A DNA stretch of 64,000 nucleotides, from NCBI GenBank assembly GCA_951406725.2, contig OX597818.1, forward strand, positions 27,218,001 through 27,282,000. Direction: 5' to 3'. Each line of letters starts with the position of its first letter. The stretch's first letter is position 1. Both the position numbers and the translations under genes were made by a program. Below, in pieces: positions 34,502 through 48,779 of the stretch. The notes beneath the pieces were generated by a model that was given only the letters and a program-made list of their open reading frames with translations, was not told where the DNA came from and searched no databases. This DNA comes from Octopus vulgaris (lineage: Eukaryota).

Positions 34502-35348
34502 TTATTTCTAATATATCCCTCAAACAGTGAGGATATCACCAAGCCACACTACAAAATGTTTCAATGTCTCTGACAAGCATTCTAGTTTTTGCAATATCAA
34601 TGCTCAATGATACATTTTTCATTGCTTGTATCATCAGTATGACTTACATCAACACTTCTCTGAGTGGATTTGGCCCTAAAATCAAATTAATGTTGATGAC
34701 TCTGAATCTTCAAAAGAAAAGTGTGCATATAAATACTTGAAATAATCACATGTAATCAAGTTTACCTATTTTTGAAAATTTCAAATCTTCCTTTTATTTT
34801 AATTCTATTTCTGATGCAGTTAAGTGTAAAGGTAATTTGAATTGGAAAGGATTAGGAAATATAGGGTTAGTGTCCAGGGAATATATTGAAGTGCTTTGTG
34901 GTCAGTCAGTAAAGAAAAAAAAATCATGCAGATATATTTTGTTTTCTTAATAGTTTGGTCTGGAGGAAGACACTGTGCTCATGGTCTTGGTCTGTTCTCT
35001 AAGGTTGATGAGATCAGTGTAGTTATTGAACAAGTGTAAGTTGCTGGTTTGAGGAAAACATGAGTAAGATGGGAATTCCAGAGGAATGATCTTGAAAGGA
35101 AGCTTAGGAGGGGTAGTGGAGATAATATGGGTGATGATCAGGTAAGTCCAAGGTGCAGTTAGGGAGTTGGGAAAGAGATGCAAGGGATGTTTGTTAAAGA
35201 TTTCCCCTGACCATCTTCTGGTTGTTGCAGGAACCAGAACTTGTACAGGTATAATCATACATGTCTCTACATGTCAGATTGTAAATTGCAGCTTTCCACT
35301 AGTATTCGTTTGTCTTTTACGGCTGCTGAAGTGGACTAAGGTATTACA

Positions 35349-35600
35349 ATGGAGGCAGTTGAATGCAGATCAGCGATCAGGTTCTTATACTTGAAAGGTT
35401 GTACACCAAAAGAGACTTTCAATGGGATGAAGCTAGTTTATGGTGACAATGCACCATCATATGACATAGTCAAGCTCTGGCATTGCCAGTTCAAATGTGG
35501 TTAGACATCAGTGGAAACTGCACCTATACCTGGACAACCACATTCCGCCATTGATGACAGCACTATCCATAAAGTGAATTTCACCATTTTGGAGTATATA
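35349..35600 (+). pseudogene. Mariner transposase N-terminal (HTH) fragment
   Basis: MEAVECRSAIRFLYLKG.TPKE....M..VYGDNAPSY..VK.W...FKCG*TSVETAP..GQP. Confidence 0.8.
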
Positions 35601-36979
35601 CAAAAACTAAAATCAACCAAAAAGCTTTCAAAGAAGGTGATGTTAGCAATAAGATAGTTATATCACACCCAGTGTGCACATATCCAAATCTCACAAACTA
35701 AGCAGCAAAAAAGGTTAGTGAGATTTGTGAAACTGGTGTCTTGATTTTAGATATAATCAATATTTGCTTTGGAATTGCTGCATCCAACCAAGAGAATTGC
35801 TTTCAAATGTTCATCAGTCAACCTCATTCGATGTGCTGACTTCACATACATCGTTTTTGAAAATGTTTGCTCACAGACCTAAGTTGTTCTAAACACTGAT
35901 GCCATACCAGAAGCAAATGAACTCTCATTACAGGTATAGTGCAGCAGAGGACTGGATGAACTGACCTTGCAGGCTGAATCCAGCCTATGGACTGTAGTTT
36001 GGTGACTCCTGGTGTACATGGTGGTGAGCCTGGTAGAAGAGAAAATTTTGGAGGAGCATTACCTGTGTGTGGAGTTGGATGTAAAAAGGGCAACAAATAT
36101 GGTAGTTTTGTTGAAAGGAGTATTGCTTACAGAGCTACTGGTTGAGAAGTGGAAGGAAAAAAGTTGGTATAAATCATTTTGTCAATGGTCCAAAAGGATT
36201 GCCTGCAGTTTAGCTGAAAAAAAAAACTGTTGATAAACTAAAAAAAAAAAAACCCAAAAAAACTACCAGTGCTAACCATTAATAATAGAAATATATATCA
36301 AATATAAACAGAAAGAAACAGCAAAACAAAATAGACATTCATTGTCATGCTCTGTATTACTGTATTCATAATGATTAACTTATGAAGCTATATATGTTAG
36401 GTTTCATAACCTTGTAGTTTTTAAAAATTTTTACTATCATTGTAGAGGCCAGTGGATTAATGTCCCATTGTTTTCTTCAGGTTCATAAGAATGTGATTTC
36501 AGCTTTAATAAAAAACCCTCATACTTTATTCAATGTGCCTGTTACTTTCAAAAAAGAAATATATTTTTAAAGTGCCACTGAAAAATATCTTTAGCATAAA
36601 TTGAAGTTTTCAAAGATTAGAAGTGAAAATTGAAACAGGGAAAGGAATTGATAAATTAAACCAAACTAGTTCCTAATGGTTTGGATATGATTGCTTTTCT
36701 TTCCATAAATGTTTGGTGTAATTGAGCTTTAGTGAAAACTAAGATCATACTCTGTATTCAGCATGTTTCTAAATTTTTCCCATTGTATATATGAAAAGAG
36801 TGCTTGCTTGCATCAAAAGCATGTCTCCATGCATAGTTCAGTTTGAACACACAAATTTATAAATTCTGCTTGGCAAATTATTTTTAGAGAAACCTGTTAA
36901 AATGCCCTAAAAGTTATCCTCTTCAGTGGTCCTTCAGGAAAAATTGCAAATATTGATGATAAAGTTGATGATAATAATA

Positions 36980-37910
36980 ATCCTTTCTATTATAAGCACA
37001 AATTTGGGGGAGTGGGATAGTCGATTACATTGACCCCAGTACACTATTGACCCCAAAAGTATGAAAAGTAAAGTCGACCTTGGTGGAATTTGAACTCAGA
37101 ACATAGCAGCAGACGAAACACTAAGCATTTTGCCTGGTGTGCTAATGATTCTGCCAGCTTGCCACCTTAATAATATAATAATAATAATAATAATAATAAT
37201 GCTTTCTATTATAGCACAAGGCCTGAAATTTTGATAGATAGTGACTAATTGATTATATTGATTCAGTGCTGAACTGATACTTATTCTATTTACTCCCATT
37301 AGGATGAAAGGCTAAGTCAACCTAAGTGCCATTTGAACACAAAGCTGGAAGAATTGTCATGAAACTTTTTGTCTGGCATGCTTGTGAATTTACCACCATA
37401 CTACCACTACTACTAATAATAACGTTTCTAGCATAGGTACGTGGCTGCAGATTGTTGGAGAGAGGAACAGCAAATTAAGTTGACTCCAGAACTAGGCTGG
37501 TACTTTATTTTGTCAACCCTGAAAGAATGAAAGCCAAAATTAACTTTGATAGGATTTAGACACAGTATATAGAGTTGAAGAAAATTCTGCACCGCATTTT
37601 CTCTGACACATTAACACTTCTCTTACACCATTGCCTCTAAGTGATGTTGATGATTATAATAATAGTTTCTGATGCGAGGCTAACAATTTTGAGGGAAGGG
37701 GATAAGTTGATACCTTGAACCCCAATACTTGACTGGTACTTCATTTTATTTTTGGAATCTCAATGAAGTATTTTATATATCCTGAATATATACATTGGCC
37801 CCAAAAAGGGTGGAAGGCAAGGTTGACCTTGATGAAATCTGAACTCAGAATATAGAGCATCAAAACACATATAAGGAATTTTTTTTCCAATGTTCTAACA
37901 GTTCTGCCAG
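36980..37910 (-). mobile_element. Tandem cluster of a second SINE-like family (~4 degenerate units)
   Basis: Repeated GACCCC..AAAGGATGAAAGGCAAAGTCGACCT..GGAATTTGAACTCAGAAC units separated by (AAT)n. The same family lies on the plus strand at 53170-53700. Confidence 0.7.
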
Positions 37911-39199
37911 GTCATCACTCACACACACATACATGTAAAAATTTCTATATACTACTATACATTTTGTAAAGTACTATAGCCAGCAGAGAAATGTATAATA
38001 GCACCACAAGATATTCATCCAGTACTCTCTGTAAAGTTGCTATGTTAGGAAGAGCATTCAGTTATAGAAACCATGTCAAAGCTGAGAGAAAGTTAAGTGT
38101 TGCTGCTGTTGCTGATAATGACAGAAATAAGATAATCATGATTTCATTAGCAGATGTTTTCAAAGTCTCTGCTGAAGCAGTTAGTGCAGGATTGGTTTGA
38201 GCTGTCTGGGATGCATGTTGATGATGCAGGGATGCATTGTTTTAGAGAGGAATGAAAGGTGGGATAATCTGTGCAGTAATGAGCATTGTTAGAGGTGATT
38301 GCAAGATGTACAGGAGGAAGGTAAACCAAGCCTTATGGCACACCAAAGTTGATAGGGAGGGTGAAAGAGTTCGATCAATACAAATTGTGAAGGTGTAATC
38401 TGACAAGAAGCTGACCCAAGAGACAACCCACAAGCAAGCTGTTTTACCAGGAAACTAGTGTGTTAGACATAGTCAAATACTTACTGATGTCTAGTGCAAG
38501 AACACTTTCACTAAATTTTTTGAAGATGAGGACCCACTGATGTGTGTCATAAGAGAGTAAGCTTTCAGTAGATTGGGCTTTGTGATAGTTGTACAAATGG
38601 TCACCAAAGAAGGAAAAATTTCAGATGTTGAAGGTTGTTGTTAATAGCTGCCTGTCATTTTTGTGGATAGTTGAAAGTCAGAATGGCTGGATGATAGCTA
38701 ACCAAATCAGAGAAGTTGTCCTTTTTGGCAATGGAATACATTGTAGCAGCTTTCTAAAAATTAGGAAGTTGTGGAAGAGGAAAACCCAGGAAGACATGGG
38801 ACAAAGTATTGAAGGCTGATCTGGAAACATTGGACTTGACGAAAGAGATGACAGAAGACTGAGATATGTGGCATATTGCTGTACTTGAAAAGACTTCCCC
38901 CACCACAACAGAATTGAGGTCCTAAAATCAAGGTGTCACATAAAAAAAGCAGTGGTGTGGGTGCTGGTGCCACTTAAAAAAAAAAACACTGGTAATGGTA
39001 GCACATGAAAAGCACCCAGTCTCTTGTAGAGTGATTGGTGTTAAGAAGGGCATCCAGCTGTAGAAACCAAGCCAAAGCAGACTATGGAATCTGGTGTGGG
39101 CCCTGGCCTTGCCAGTTCCTGTCAAGCCCTTCAACCCATGTCACCATGGAAAATGGATTTTAAATGTTGATGATGATGATTTCTGTCGAGGGATTTGAA

Positions 39200-39550
39200 G
39201 AGTTTAGTGAGTGTAGGGGATATCTCTATGGCACATTAAGTGAGAGTGATAGAAAGGAAATATCAAGGCTGATGGCCTTTTTGGTTTTAAATGAACAAAG
39301 GTGATATCATAATGTATAAGTGTATGTAGTGGTAAACCTGTTATAATGGAAAGGGTTAGTTGGGATAGTTTTGGAAGAAAATTTACCTTGTATGTGAGGT
39401 CTGATGCAAAGTGGACAGTAAATATGGAGGCATTCTCTGTGGGAGTATTGCTTACAGAATTACCAAAGTTGAAAAGTAGAGAAGAGGAGGATTCTTTGCA
39501 ACTGGTAGATTCTTTTGGCAAGAGGCCAAAAAGATTGACTGTAATTTGAG
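39200..39550 (-). mobile_element. Decayed LINE ORF2 fragment
   Basis: VSNTPTENASIF..HFAS linker, related to fragments at 36040-36220 and 41510-42500. Confidence 0.5.
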
Positions 39551-40479
39551 AGAATGTTTCTTAGTTACATCACTAGAAAATGGTATGTCATTTCATGACC
39601 TGGCAGGAAGTCGAAGACAATTTTGTCTTTGATTAAAACTTTCTTGCTTAATTTCAAATTTTGGTTCAACAGTTAGAAACCTCTGTAATTGCCATCCATT
39701 GCATCTATAGTATCACGATACAGCTGGCAATGAAGTTGCTAAACTAGTTACTTGAAATAGCACTTTCCAATATTATCTGATTAACTGTGTAAGAAGCATA
39801 TGTCCCTACAAACAGTAACTTTATCTCTGATGGTCTTGCTACTGCATTGAGTTGTTTTGCTTTAAACTATTGTAAATTTTGATCATATTATGTACCAAAG
39901 AGTAACCCTCTCTAAATAAACAGTACAAGGTGATTCCTTGTTATTTGTTTATATTATATTCATTATTCCAGTTTCAAAATTTACAAAAGCACTTACTACT
40001 AGTATTCATGTTGAATATGTAGATTGGGTTGTTGACTCAAAGTGCTTGTCACATAATCAAAGTCAAAGAAAAACTGATTTACTTCTCTGTATGAAATGAT
40101 TTCATTGAGCTAGCTTAGAGTGTGAAAACCCATTCTGTGAGTGTGGGCCTGCTTTTGTGTGCATGTGAGAAATGAGGTAGAGTGACTTAAACCTGAAGGA
40201 AGTTAGAACATTTTCCATTTCTTTGTATTAGGATTTGCTTTACAAAAGTTGATTTAAGGTGTGTAATTGTAATTTGCTAGATGAGATGTGTTGGTGTGGA
40301 TTAATTTTGATTGTAGCATAGCAACATGTTCACTGGTTCATATAAGCTTTGTATTATTGTAAGGTATGATATTTCCTATACACAGCTGTTTATTTGGTTG
40401 TTTCTGTTAGTTGTTGAGTCATGATAGATATACAGTTGTATGGTCAACAGTCAAATCTAATTCTGGCAACTCACTAACA

Positions 40480-40990
40480 TTAAACTTAGGAAAACAACAA
40501 ATAAAGCAAATACATTAGTCCAAGGCTTCTCCATTACAGGTTCTGCACCAATTTTTCCATCGACTGATGGCCTTACACCTCCTTTAATCTGGATAAGTTA
40601 TGAGGGGAACTTGAAATTCCTATGGCCACCAATGAAGATCACTGCAACCATGTAAAGTACTGCATGGACTGTGTGCTTACATACGATTGAGTTTTCTAGC
40701 AGCTGATCTCCCCTGAATTCATCCTTGAACGATTGACTTGTACAGTATCATTGTTATGAGTTTGTTCTTTTGGTTCCCTTTTATATCTCTAATTGATAGG
40801 TAGTTGAACAGTTGGGGACTTCTAAATTCGCTCCAATGCTGAAGTTTGGAACATGCCCCTCCATGATTTTTCATACGTATGTGATAGTATATATCTCTTT
40901 TTGGTGTTCAAGAGAGTAGAGATGCAGCGCTTTCAGGTATTCTTGGTGTATTTACTGGTGAATATTCCTTGTAACCCTTCAATTTCTTCT
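40480..40990 (-). mobile_element. Old CR1-type LINE 3' end
   Basis: Minus strand LKALHLYSLEHQKE.Y.I.Y..KI and PQLFN.L motifs. Confidence 0.6.
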
Positions 40991-41509
40991 ATGAATTAGG
41001 GTTTTTCATAAAATTAGCTTATCTACTGGTTTCCTTGTTTGTTCCAAGATATCTTGTACTATTTATTAAGTCACTCTTTTGTCACTTTCACCATCCAGAA
41101 GTATAATGAACTAGTGGTTGACCCTTTGGAAACCTATAATCAACTATGTCACTGTTCACAAAGTACATGACAAATAAATTATAGTGTAATCACCATTTCT
41201 CCCCCGCATACAGAAAACTATGATAATTACTAAACCTATTGTTAGTGTGGGTAATGTTTTTCACTAGTAATAATAAAGTAATTTATTGGTGGTTTGTTTT
41301 ATATGTATGTTTAAAGAAAAGTAGGTGGGGTAGTTAGTGCCAATCTGTTCAAACCTGTTTTGGTTGTGCAATCATAAAGCTACACATCAGCATTACCATA
41401 CATTTGTGACTTTCAATTCAAATTTTCCTATCCTTGACATTTTAAAGAAAACAAATGTTATGAAAATTTGTTTTATTGATTTTTTTTTTCCCTTGAGGAA
41501 GTAGAGATA

Positions 41510-42500
41510 TAGCCTGACATTTAGCATGTTTCAGTGTGTCCTGTTCCAAATAAAGGCAGTCCCTCTGACCCAGCCAACTATTGTCCTATTACTTTCACCT
41601 CTAACATCTTTGAGTAAATGGAGACAGCTATTAACAATGACATCCTTCAACCACTCTCATTTTCTCTCCTCAGTGACCACCAGTATGGTTTCTGCAGAAC
41701 CAGATTCACTGTTCCCTACTCTCTGATGTTATTTGCCAGTGAGCTGTCAAAGAGTTTTGGTGAAAGCAATGTTGTTGCCCTAGACATCAGCAAAGGCTTC
41801 TTCTGTGTCTAACATACAAATCTTCTATCAAAACTGTCCACCTACTGGCTTTATCTATCTCATCTTTTGCATCAGTAGCTACTTTATCATGTCATATGTT
41901 GATGGAGTTCTTTTTGCTCCACTTTCAATTAACTCTGGTGTTCCCTGGGGGTTTACTTTTGTTGTTTATTCTCTTTGTTCTGTACATGATCCTTCATTCC
42001 TCCTTAAATTTCCATAACTATGCAACATCCATATGCAGCTGAGACATCATGTGCCAAACCTGCATTGATTCCATAAATGGAGGCCTTAAGTGTGTCCTTC
42101 AGTGGGGCTATACTAACTTTATTTCTTTTAACAACATAAAAAACTCAAGTGCTTGAAAATACCACTGCACTACATTCTTACTGAACATAAATGGTACTCA
42201 GCTTGAGCCTTCACAGTCGCTCCAAATGCTGGGCCTGACTACTCTGAGGATTTCTCCTGGTGAAGGCACATCCTTAGTATAGCTAAGACTGCATTTCAAA
42301 GTCAACCCTAACAACTGCTGACACTTTACAACACTCTAGTACAATAAAGTACTGCTCCCACATCTAGAAGAGTGCAACAACTACACAAACAAGCACCCTG
42401 AACCACATTCAGAGAAGACCCATTTGACTAATTATAATTCAGTCATTAATGGACATACTCCAGCCTCTGGTCCACAGGGATGTTGTATCTTCTCTCAGTC
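41510..42500 (+). pseudogene. Decayed LINE (L2/Jockey-like) reverse transcriptase
   Basis: PVPNKGSPSDPANYCPI, LLSDHQYGF, VVALDISKGF and INSGVPWG across frames. Confidence 0.8.
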
Positions 42501-44712
42501 TTTTCTATCATTACTTTAATGGCATCTGTTTCTAGGAGATCTGTACTAACCGGTCTTTTCTCACCAGAACTTTGGTTTTCTGGAATTTTCTTTCTGTTCA
42601 TTTTGATCTCTATCTTTTTAATGGATATAACAATCATCAATTGATGCCCAAGTGTCCACTTCATCATATGTGCCTAAGCACAAGCGACCCTTAATAATGA
42701 GTGAAATCCAGTTGTAAATAGAATATTTATACAGTGATGAAGTTTTTTCTTAATTTTCTTTCATCATCAAATAAGGTAGATGAAGACAATATTCTAGATC
42801 ACACAGATCATGATGCTTCAGTTAGGTCTGGAAGGATAAAAAGTGTGCCAATTTTTCTCTATTTGTACATTTGTTTGACGTCTGCAATCCTGGAATCTCA
42901 AAAAAAATTATGCTCATGCTGGGTGCAAAGGAAAGAGAATATTTTATGGCACTTTTTGATGATTATGATTGTAATTTTTTGTGTGCAAGAGGTTAACATT
43001 CATTAATTTTTTATACCTATTTAAAGTGAAAGTAAGTTATAAAAAATATTTTATAACTTAATTTCACTAAGAAATTTTTTTTTTGTTTTGCTCATTTGGC
43101 ACAAACATTCAAGCAACCCTTTCCCACTGAATCATGCAACATATTCATGTAACCCTTCCACATTAATTGTATCAAGACCACTGTCTTGGAGATCCTCCAA
43201 AGGTCATGGGTTATTAAGACTTCCTTAAGACTTAAAAGTACAAAAAAATAAAATGGCTTATTTTAATTTGTTCAACATAATTGTATATATTTTCACTTTC
43301 TGTCTAGTTTTAGTTTTAAAAGTGTCTTTCTTATTTATCAGAAATTATAATATATAGTTGTGAATGTTCTTTGTTTTTAAATAAATGTTGTTATGAGACT
43401 CATGGGGCCAGTGTTTAACTCCATATTTATTGGAATAGGAAAATTTAATATTTTTAAAAACTTTTATACCCAGAAACTGTAAATAGATTGTATTTAATAG
43501 GGATATTTTAGACAACTTTGAACAGGACAGAAACTATATTCTGTTGCCAAGTTGCTTGTGGTGTTAATTCTGTATTTAAAAAAAAATACTAATTCAAATT
43601 AAGGAAAATATAAACCATAACATACATTAACTAAACGATTCAGGCTTAACTTTTTATGCTTTGCCTATATTTAAGTATTTAAAACCTTACTAAATATAAT
43701 AAATGTGTAAGTAGTGTAGCTGGTTATGCTCTTTCTTTCTCTCTTGCTCAGTTTCTAATATATATGACCATAAAAAAATATCCTGAAAGATTGGCTTTGG
43801 TGGAAGAAGTGCTTTAGTATATCATTGGTAAGAAGTTAGATCTATATTTGGCCAGTTGGATTCATGACTTTACTCTCAAGCATTCAATTAACTATTGTTA
43901 ACACACATAGGTTTTCTTTAGTAGTGATTAGTACTAACAAACAACTTCATTAAATGCTAAAAACTGCTGAACTATTTTTAACAACAAAGAGAAAAAAAAA
44001 AAGCAATATTTTTTTAATGAATCAGAGCTTATTTGTTTTAAAAACTAACAGAAGTTGATTAAATAGGACAGAATAAATAATTTGATCGTTTAATGGTGTA
44101 TTGAATTGTGGAATGTATCTGATTTCTTTGTTTTATACTAAATATTGAAAAATCTCATTGAAAATAATTCTTGAGTTTTATTATTATATAAATTTCTATT
44201 TACTTCTTGGAAAAAGTCTTTTTCTATTATTGCATATTAAAAAAAAAAAATCCTGATGATTTGCACATTTCTTTTTAGTGTGTGTAAACGTGTGTGTATG
44301 AAGCTTTTTTTAAAAAAATATATTTCGTGATGTCTCTTCTTGAAATAGCTTTTTAAAATTTACTGGGTAGGGCATAAAATTGCATTCATTTAAATGTTTT
44401 TATGCAAAGAGGAAAGAAGATAGATGCAATGTGGAAAGAACTAAGAAAGACTGGTATAAAAAAAAAGTATCCATTTTTTCTTATGTCTATTAGCATGGGT
44501 TAAGTGTATATATTTATGGCTGGATGCCTGTCATGTTGCTAACCCTTACTTATTTTACAAGTAAGGGACTTTTTATTGCTCTATTTTTCTAAACTGCAGT
44601 CAGTGGACAATTTGTTGACAGAAATTATAATACATCACTGCTTGTAGCTTAACAATTTCTGAGATGTGCAAATATGAACAATCACACAGGTTTACATGCA
44701 CATATATATATA

Positions 44713-45953
44713 CAAGGGTGGGCTGCAAAGTTCATAGGCTGACCACGATACAATGGCTGAACTTGATCAAATGTGTTTTATTTTATGACATAGTCACCCC
44801 TACAGTCTATACGCTTCTTCCATTGGTGTTGCAGTGGTTGGGTTCTCGTGGTATAGAAGCTCTCATCCTGACTCTCACAAAAGTCTTCAACAGCAGATTT
44901 ACCTCATCATTGGCCCAATAATGCTTCTCAGCCATGTGTTTTTTCATGTTGGTGAATAGAAAATAGTCAGATGGTGTCAAATCAGGAGAATATGGAAGGT
45001 GATCAACCAGTTCAAAGTCACAATTGTGCACAGCAGCCACTTCAACCACAGACTTGTGTGCAGGAGCTTTGTCCTGGTGAAGCAAGACCCCCTTCATCAG
45101 TTTCCCAGGCTGTTTTGACTTGATTGCCTTTCACAGATGCCTCAGCAAGTTGGCATAGTATTCTCCATTGATAGTATGGCCTTTCTGAAGGCAGTCAATG
45201 AACACAATGCCCTTTGCATCTCCTAAGATGGAGGCCATCACCTTTCTTGCCAATGACATCACCTTGACCTTATTTGGTTGGAGAGAAGACGGGTGTTTCC
45301 ACTGCATGGACTGCGTTTGGTCTCTGGCTCAAAGTGGTGAATCCAGCATTCTTCTTGGATGAGGAAACGTTCAAGGAAACTGGCTGGATTTGCTTTTAAA
45401 AGTACCAAGTTCCCTGTGACATGACCAGCCTGGTGTGTTTTTGATCAGGTGTGAAAAGTTGTGGAAATCTTTGACATAAGTTCGTCATGCAGAATATTCT
45501 CTACTTGTTTATGGGAGCTCCCTACAGCATTAGCTATGTGATCAATATTTAAACATCTGTCATCCATCACCATGTGTTGAACATGATCAATGTTTTCTTG
45601 GGTAGTGGCTGTGGCAGGACATCTGGACCTTGGGTCATCTTTAATACTCTCCCTACCTGCCCACTTTTTCACAATTGATAAAGCTGGAGCATCAGCCCCT
45701 AGTGTAGCAACCACATCCGCATGAATGTCCTTGGGGGGGCCAACCCCTTTTCCTGCAGATATTTGATAATACCATGGTGCCAAATTTTATCCATTTTCAC
45801 AAAAAAATCTTCCGGTACCACTTTTCCAAGTCCTCAATTCTATATCCAATATGAGTTTATCTGGAAAGAAAAAGTGCAGTAAGCATCAGTAAAGGTAGAA
45901 TTTAATGTATGATAACTCCTTAATCAGCCTATGAACTTTGCAGTCCACCCTTG
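44713..45953 (-). mobile_element. Full-span mariner transposon (1241 bp), transposase pseudogenised
   Basis: 30-bp TIRs CAAGGGTGG(G/A)CTGCAAAGTTCATAGGCTGA, TA TSD, and motifs HQDKAPAH and YSPDLTPSDYFLF. Confidence 0.93.
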
Positions 45954-48558
45954 TACACAAGATGGGCTTTGTAGAATTTCTGTCTACCAAATCCACTTAC
46001 AAGGTATTGGTTGGAGTTATAATGTGCTATGTAGAGAAACTGAACCCAAGATTATGTGATGTGAAGTGAACTTCTTAACTACATAGTTATGCCTGCACCT
46101 ACCTGATAGTGAGCTAATAAATAAAGAAAAATATTTAGAGCTGTCCATCAAGCAGAATGGTGATATCAGTTCATAAAACATATATTTAAGTAGTTTATTC
46201 CATTATCAGTTTTAGCTGTTAGAAAATTTAAATTCAATTGGAATCTTCACACCAAATTTCTTCAAAGAGTTTATTGAAACTGTAGGAGAAGGATGGAAAT
46301 GCATTATATTTGTAATTGGAAAGAAACAGGAAAAATGTGTGTTATACATAGAGCAATTTATTCAAAATAGAAATATTGGTCTTACATGTTGCAGTTTCTC
46401 ACATATGTCATACTGTTTCATTTCTCATGCTTATGTTGCAACCATGTGGTTTCAGGCTCAGTTCCACTGTGTGGTACCACGGGCAAGTATCTTCTACTAT
46501 AGACTCAGACTAACTAATGCTTTGTGAGTTAATTTGTTAGATGGAAATTGTGTGGAAGATGTTTTGTGTGTGTGTTTGTGTCTGTATTTGTTCTTCACTG
46601 CTTGACAACTGATGCTGGTCTGTTTACATCCCTGTAAGTTAGCTTTCCAGCAAAATAGAATGATTAAAAAAAATAAAATAAAACTGAGTATTTGTTTGAC
46701 TAAAATCCTTCAAGTCAGTGTCCCAGCATGGCCAAAGTCCAATGACTGAAACATCTTTTCCATTTTACTATTTCTGTATTTTTGTCTCTTTTTTTCAGTT
46801 TCCTTGGATTTTTCTCATTTTATTTTCTTTGGCTCCTTCATGTGTTTAAAGTTGTTTCCACATGTCTCTTGTTATATTAAGATAAAATTTAAAATAAAAA
46901 AAGAAAAGTTTATTAGAAGATGTATTATGATGAGTTTTAACCCGATCAAGAGGTGTTTAGATCACTCTGTTGGAAAATGTAGGCTGTTGTACTGTTCATA
47001 GTAAAAGTAAATCAAAACATTAAGCTGTCAATCAAAAAAAAAGACTAAAAATCTAGGCAGCAACAGTAATGGACTTTTCTCTTCAGCGTTGTTTACATTG
47101 TCTAATCAAAGTAAGAAGTTCTAATTATTTGACCTGTATTTGTTTAGTAGCTTAAATTATTTATCTTTACAAGCTGGAAACCAGTTCAGGATGCCTAGTG
47201 TGTTTATAGTGTGTTGCATCAGCTTTGCTTCTTGTGAACTAATACTGTTAAACTCAAGTATAAATAGGGATTTCATGTTGGGATAATGCTTGTATCTAAG
47301 TTTATCAGCTGTCTAATTATCTTTTACATTATTTGATTTTTATTTTTGTAATTATTGCTTTATTTGTTTTTGTATTAATATCTTTCACAGAAACTCGTCT
47401 TGCATTCTGTAGATTGTTCTTTGTATTAGAATTATTTTTAAGAATAGATGGAATCATAGTGATTGTTTAAAATCTCAATTATTTATTAATGCATTTTTGT
47501 AAATATGTTCTTTAGAAGCATTTTTCATAGAGTATCTACTGAATAATAGCAAAGGGTTTTGCAACATAGGTTCAACAGGTGCAATTTTTGTTCACCACAT
47601 TCTTAACTGTATTCTTTTATTCTCTTACTTGTTTCAGTCATTTGACTGTAGCCATGCTGGAGCACTGCCTTTAGTTGAACAAATCGACCCCGGGACTTAT
47701 TCTTTGTAAGCCTAGAACCTATTTTATTAGTGTCTCTTTTGCTGAACTGCTAAGTTATGGGGACATAAATACACCAACATCAGTTGTCAAGCGATGGTGG
47801 GTTGGTGGGACAAACAGACACACAAATACATATATTCATATATATACACACGCACACACAATTTTGGGCTTCTTTTGGGCTTTTTTCAGCTTCTTTCAGT
47901 CTACCAAATCCACTCCCAAGGCTTTGGTCAGCCCAAGGCTATTAGTAGAAGACTTTTGCCCAAGGTGCCATGTAGTGGGACTGAACCCAAAAGCATGTGG
48001 TTGGGAAGCAAGCTTCTTACCTGCACCTATGTTTTTCATACAGAAAATATCCTTAGGAATTTTTCCTGTGGTTTTATTTTAAATTGCTTAATCAGTGAAT
48101 ACTTTTTTTTTCATTAAAAACCTGTATACTTTTAGTCATTCTGAATTCTGATGACAAGACTTTACTGAAACAAATCATCACCACATTTAGTAAAGACCAG
48201 ATTCATTCCTCATTCAATTTTTAATCAGTTTGTATTTTGGAGTGGCTTCTTGCTTATAACAAGAATTATCATAAATGCTAATGATTTTCATTTGAATTGT
48301 TTAGTCCTGATACAAAGCAAGTTTAAATCTCCACAAAGTTAAAGAGAGTGCTTACTTTGCAAGGAAAATGCTGAAAACTGAATTTTTATCCTATTCATAT
48401 TTCAACATTAATTTTACCCTTTCCACTTCTGTATAAAAGCTCTTATTTACACAAAACTTGAAAGCATTATTCTTAGAATTTAATGTTCTTATTTTGTTTT
48501 TCACTTTAGTTAGTGAAGGTTTTACATTTCCATTTTTTTTTTTTCAGAAATCCTTGTG

Positions 48559-48672
48559 ATGTATATAACAATATTAGTAAGTTTGGTGCTTTTGGTCATC
48601 AATGGTATAGTATGTCCACCAGTAAAACCGGGCACCAAGCCAAAAGAAGGTGCATCAGTCAATGATACCAAT
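48559..48672 (+). CDS. First coding exon of a secreted/ER-targeted protein (exon 48548-48672), possibly nucleobindin-like
   Basis: Acceptor (T)n-CAG at 48547, ATG at 48559, MYITILVSLVLLVINGIVCPPVKPGTKPKEGASVNDTN (hydrophobic signal peptide), and consensus donor GTAAGT at 48673, phase 0. Confidence 0.7.
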
Positions 48673-48779
48673 GTAAGTTTATAGTTTTTCTATTTGTATA
48701 CCCACATACATTTCTTTTGTCTCCGAATGTATTATTTCTTTTTATGAACATTAAATCCAAGATTTATAGTTGGATAATA

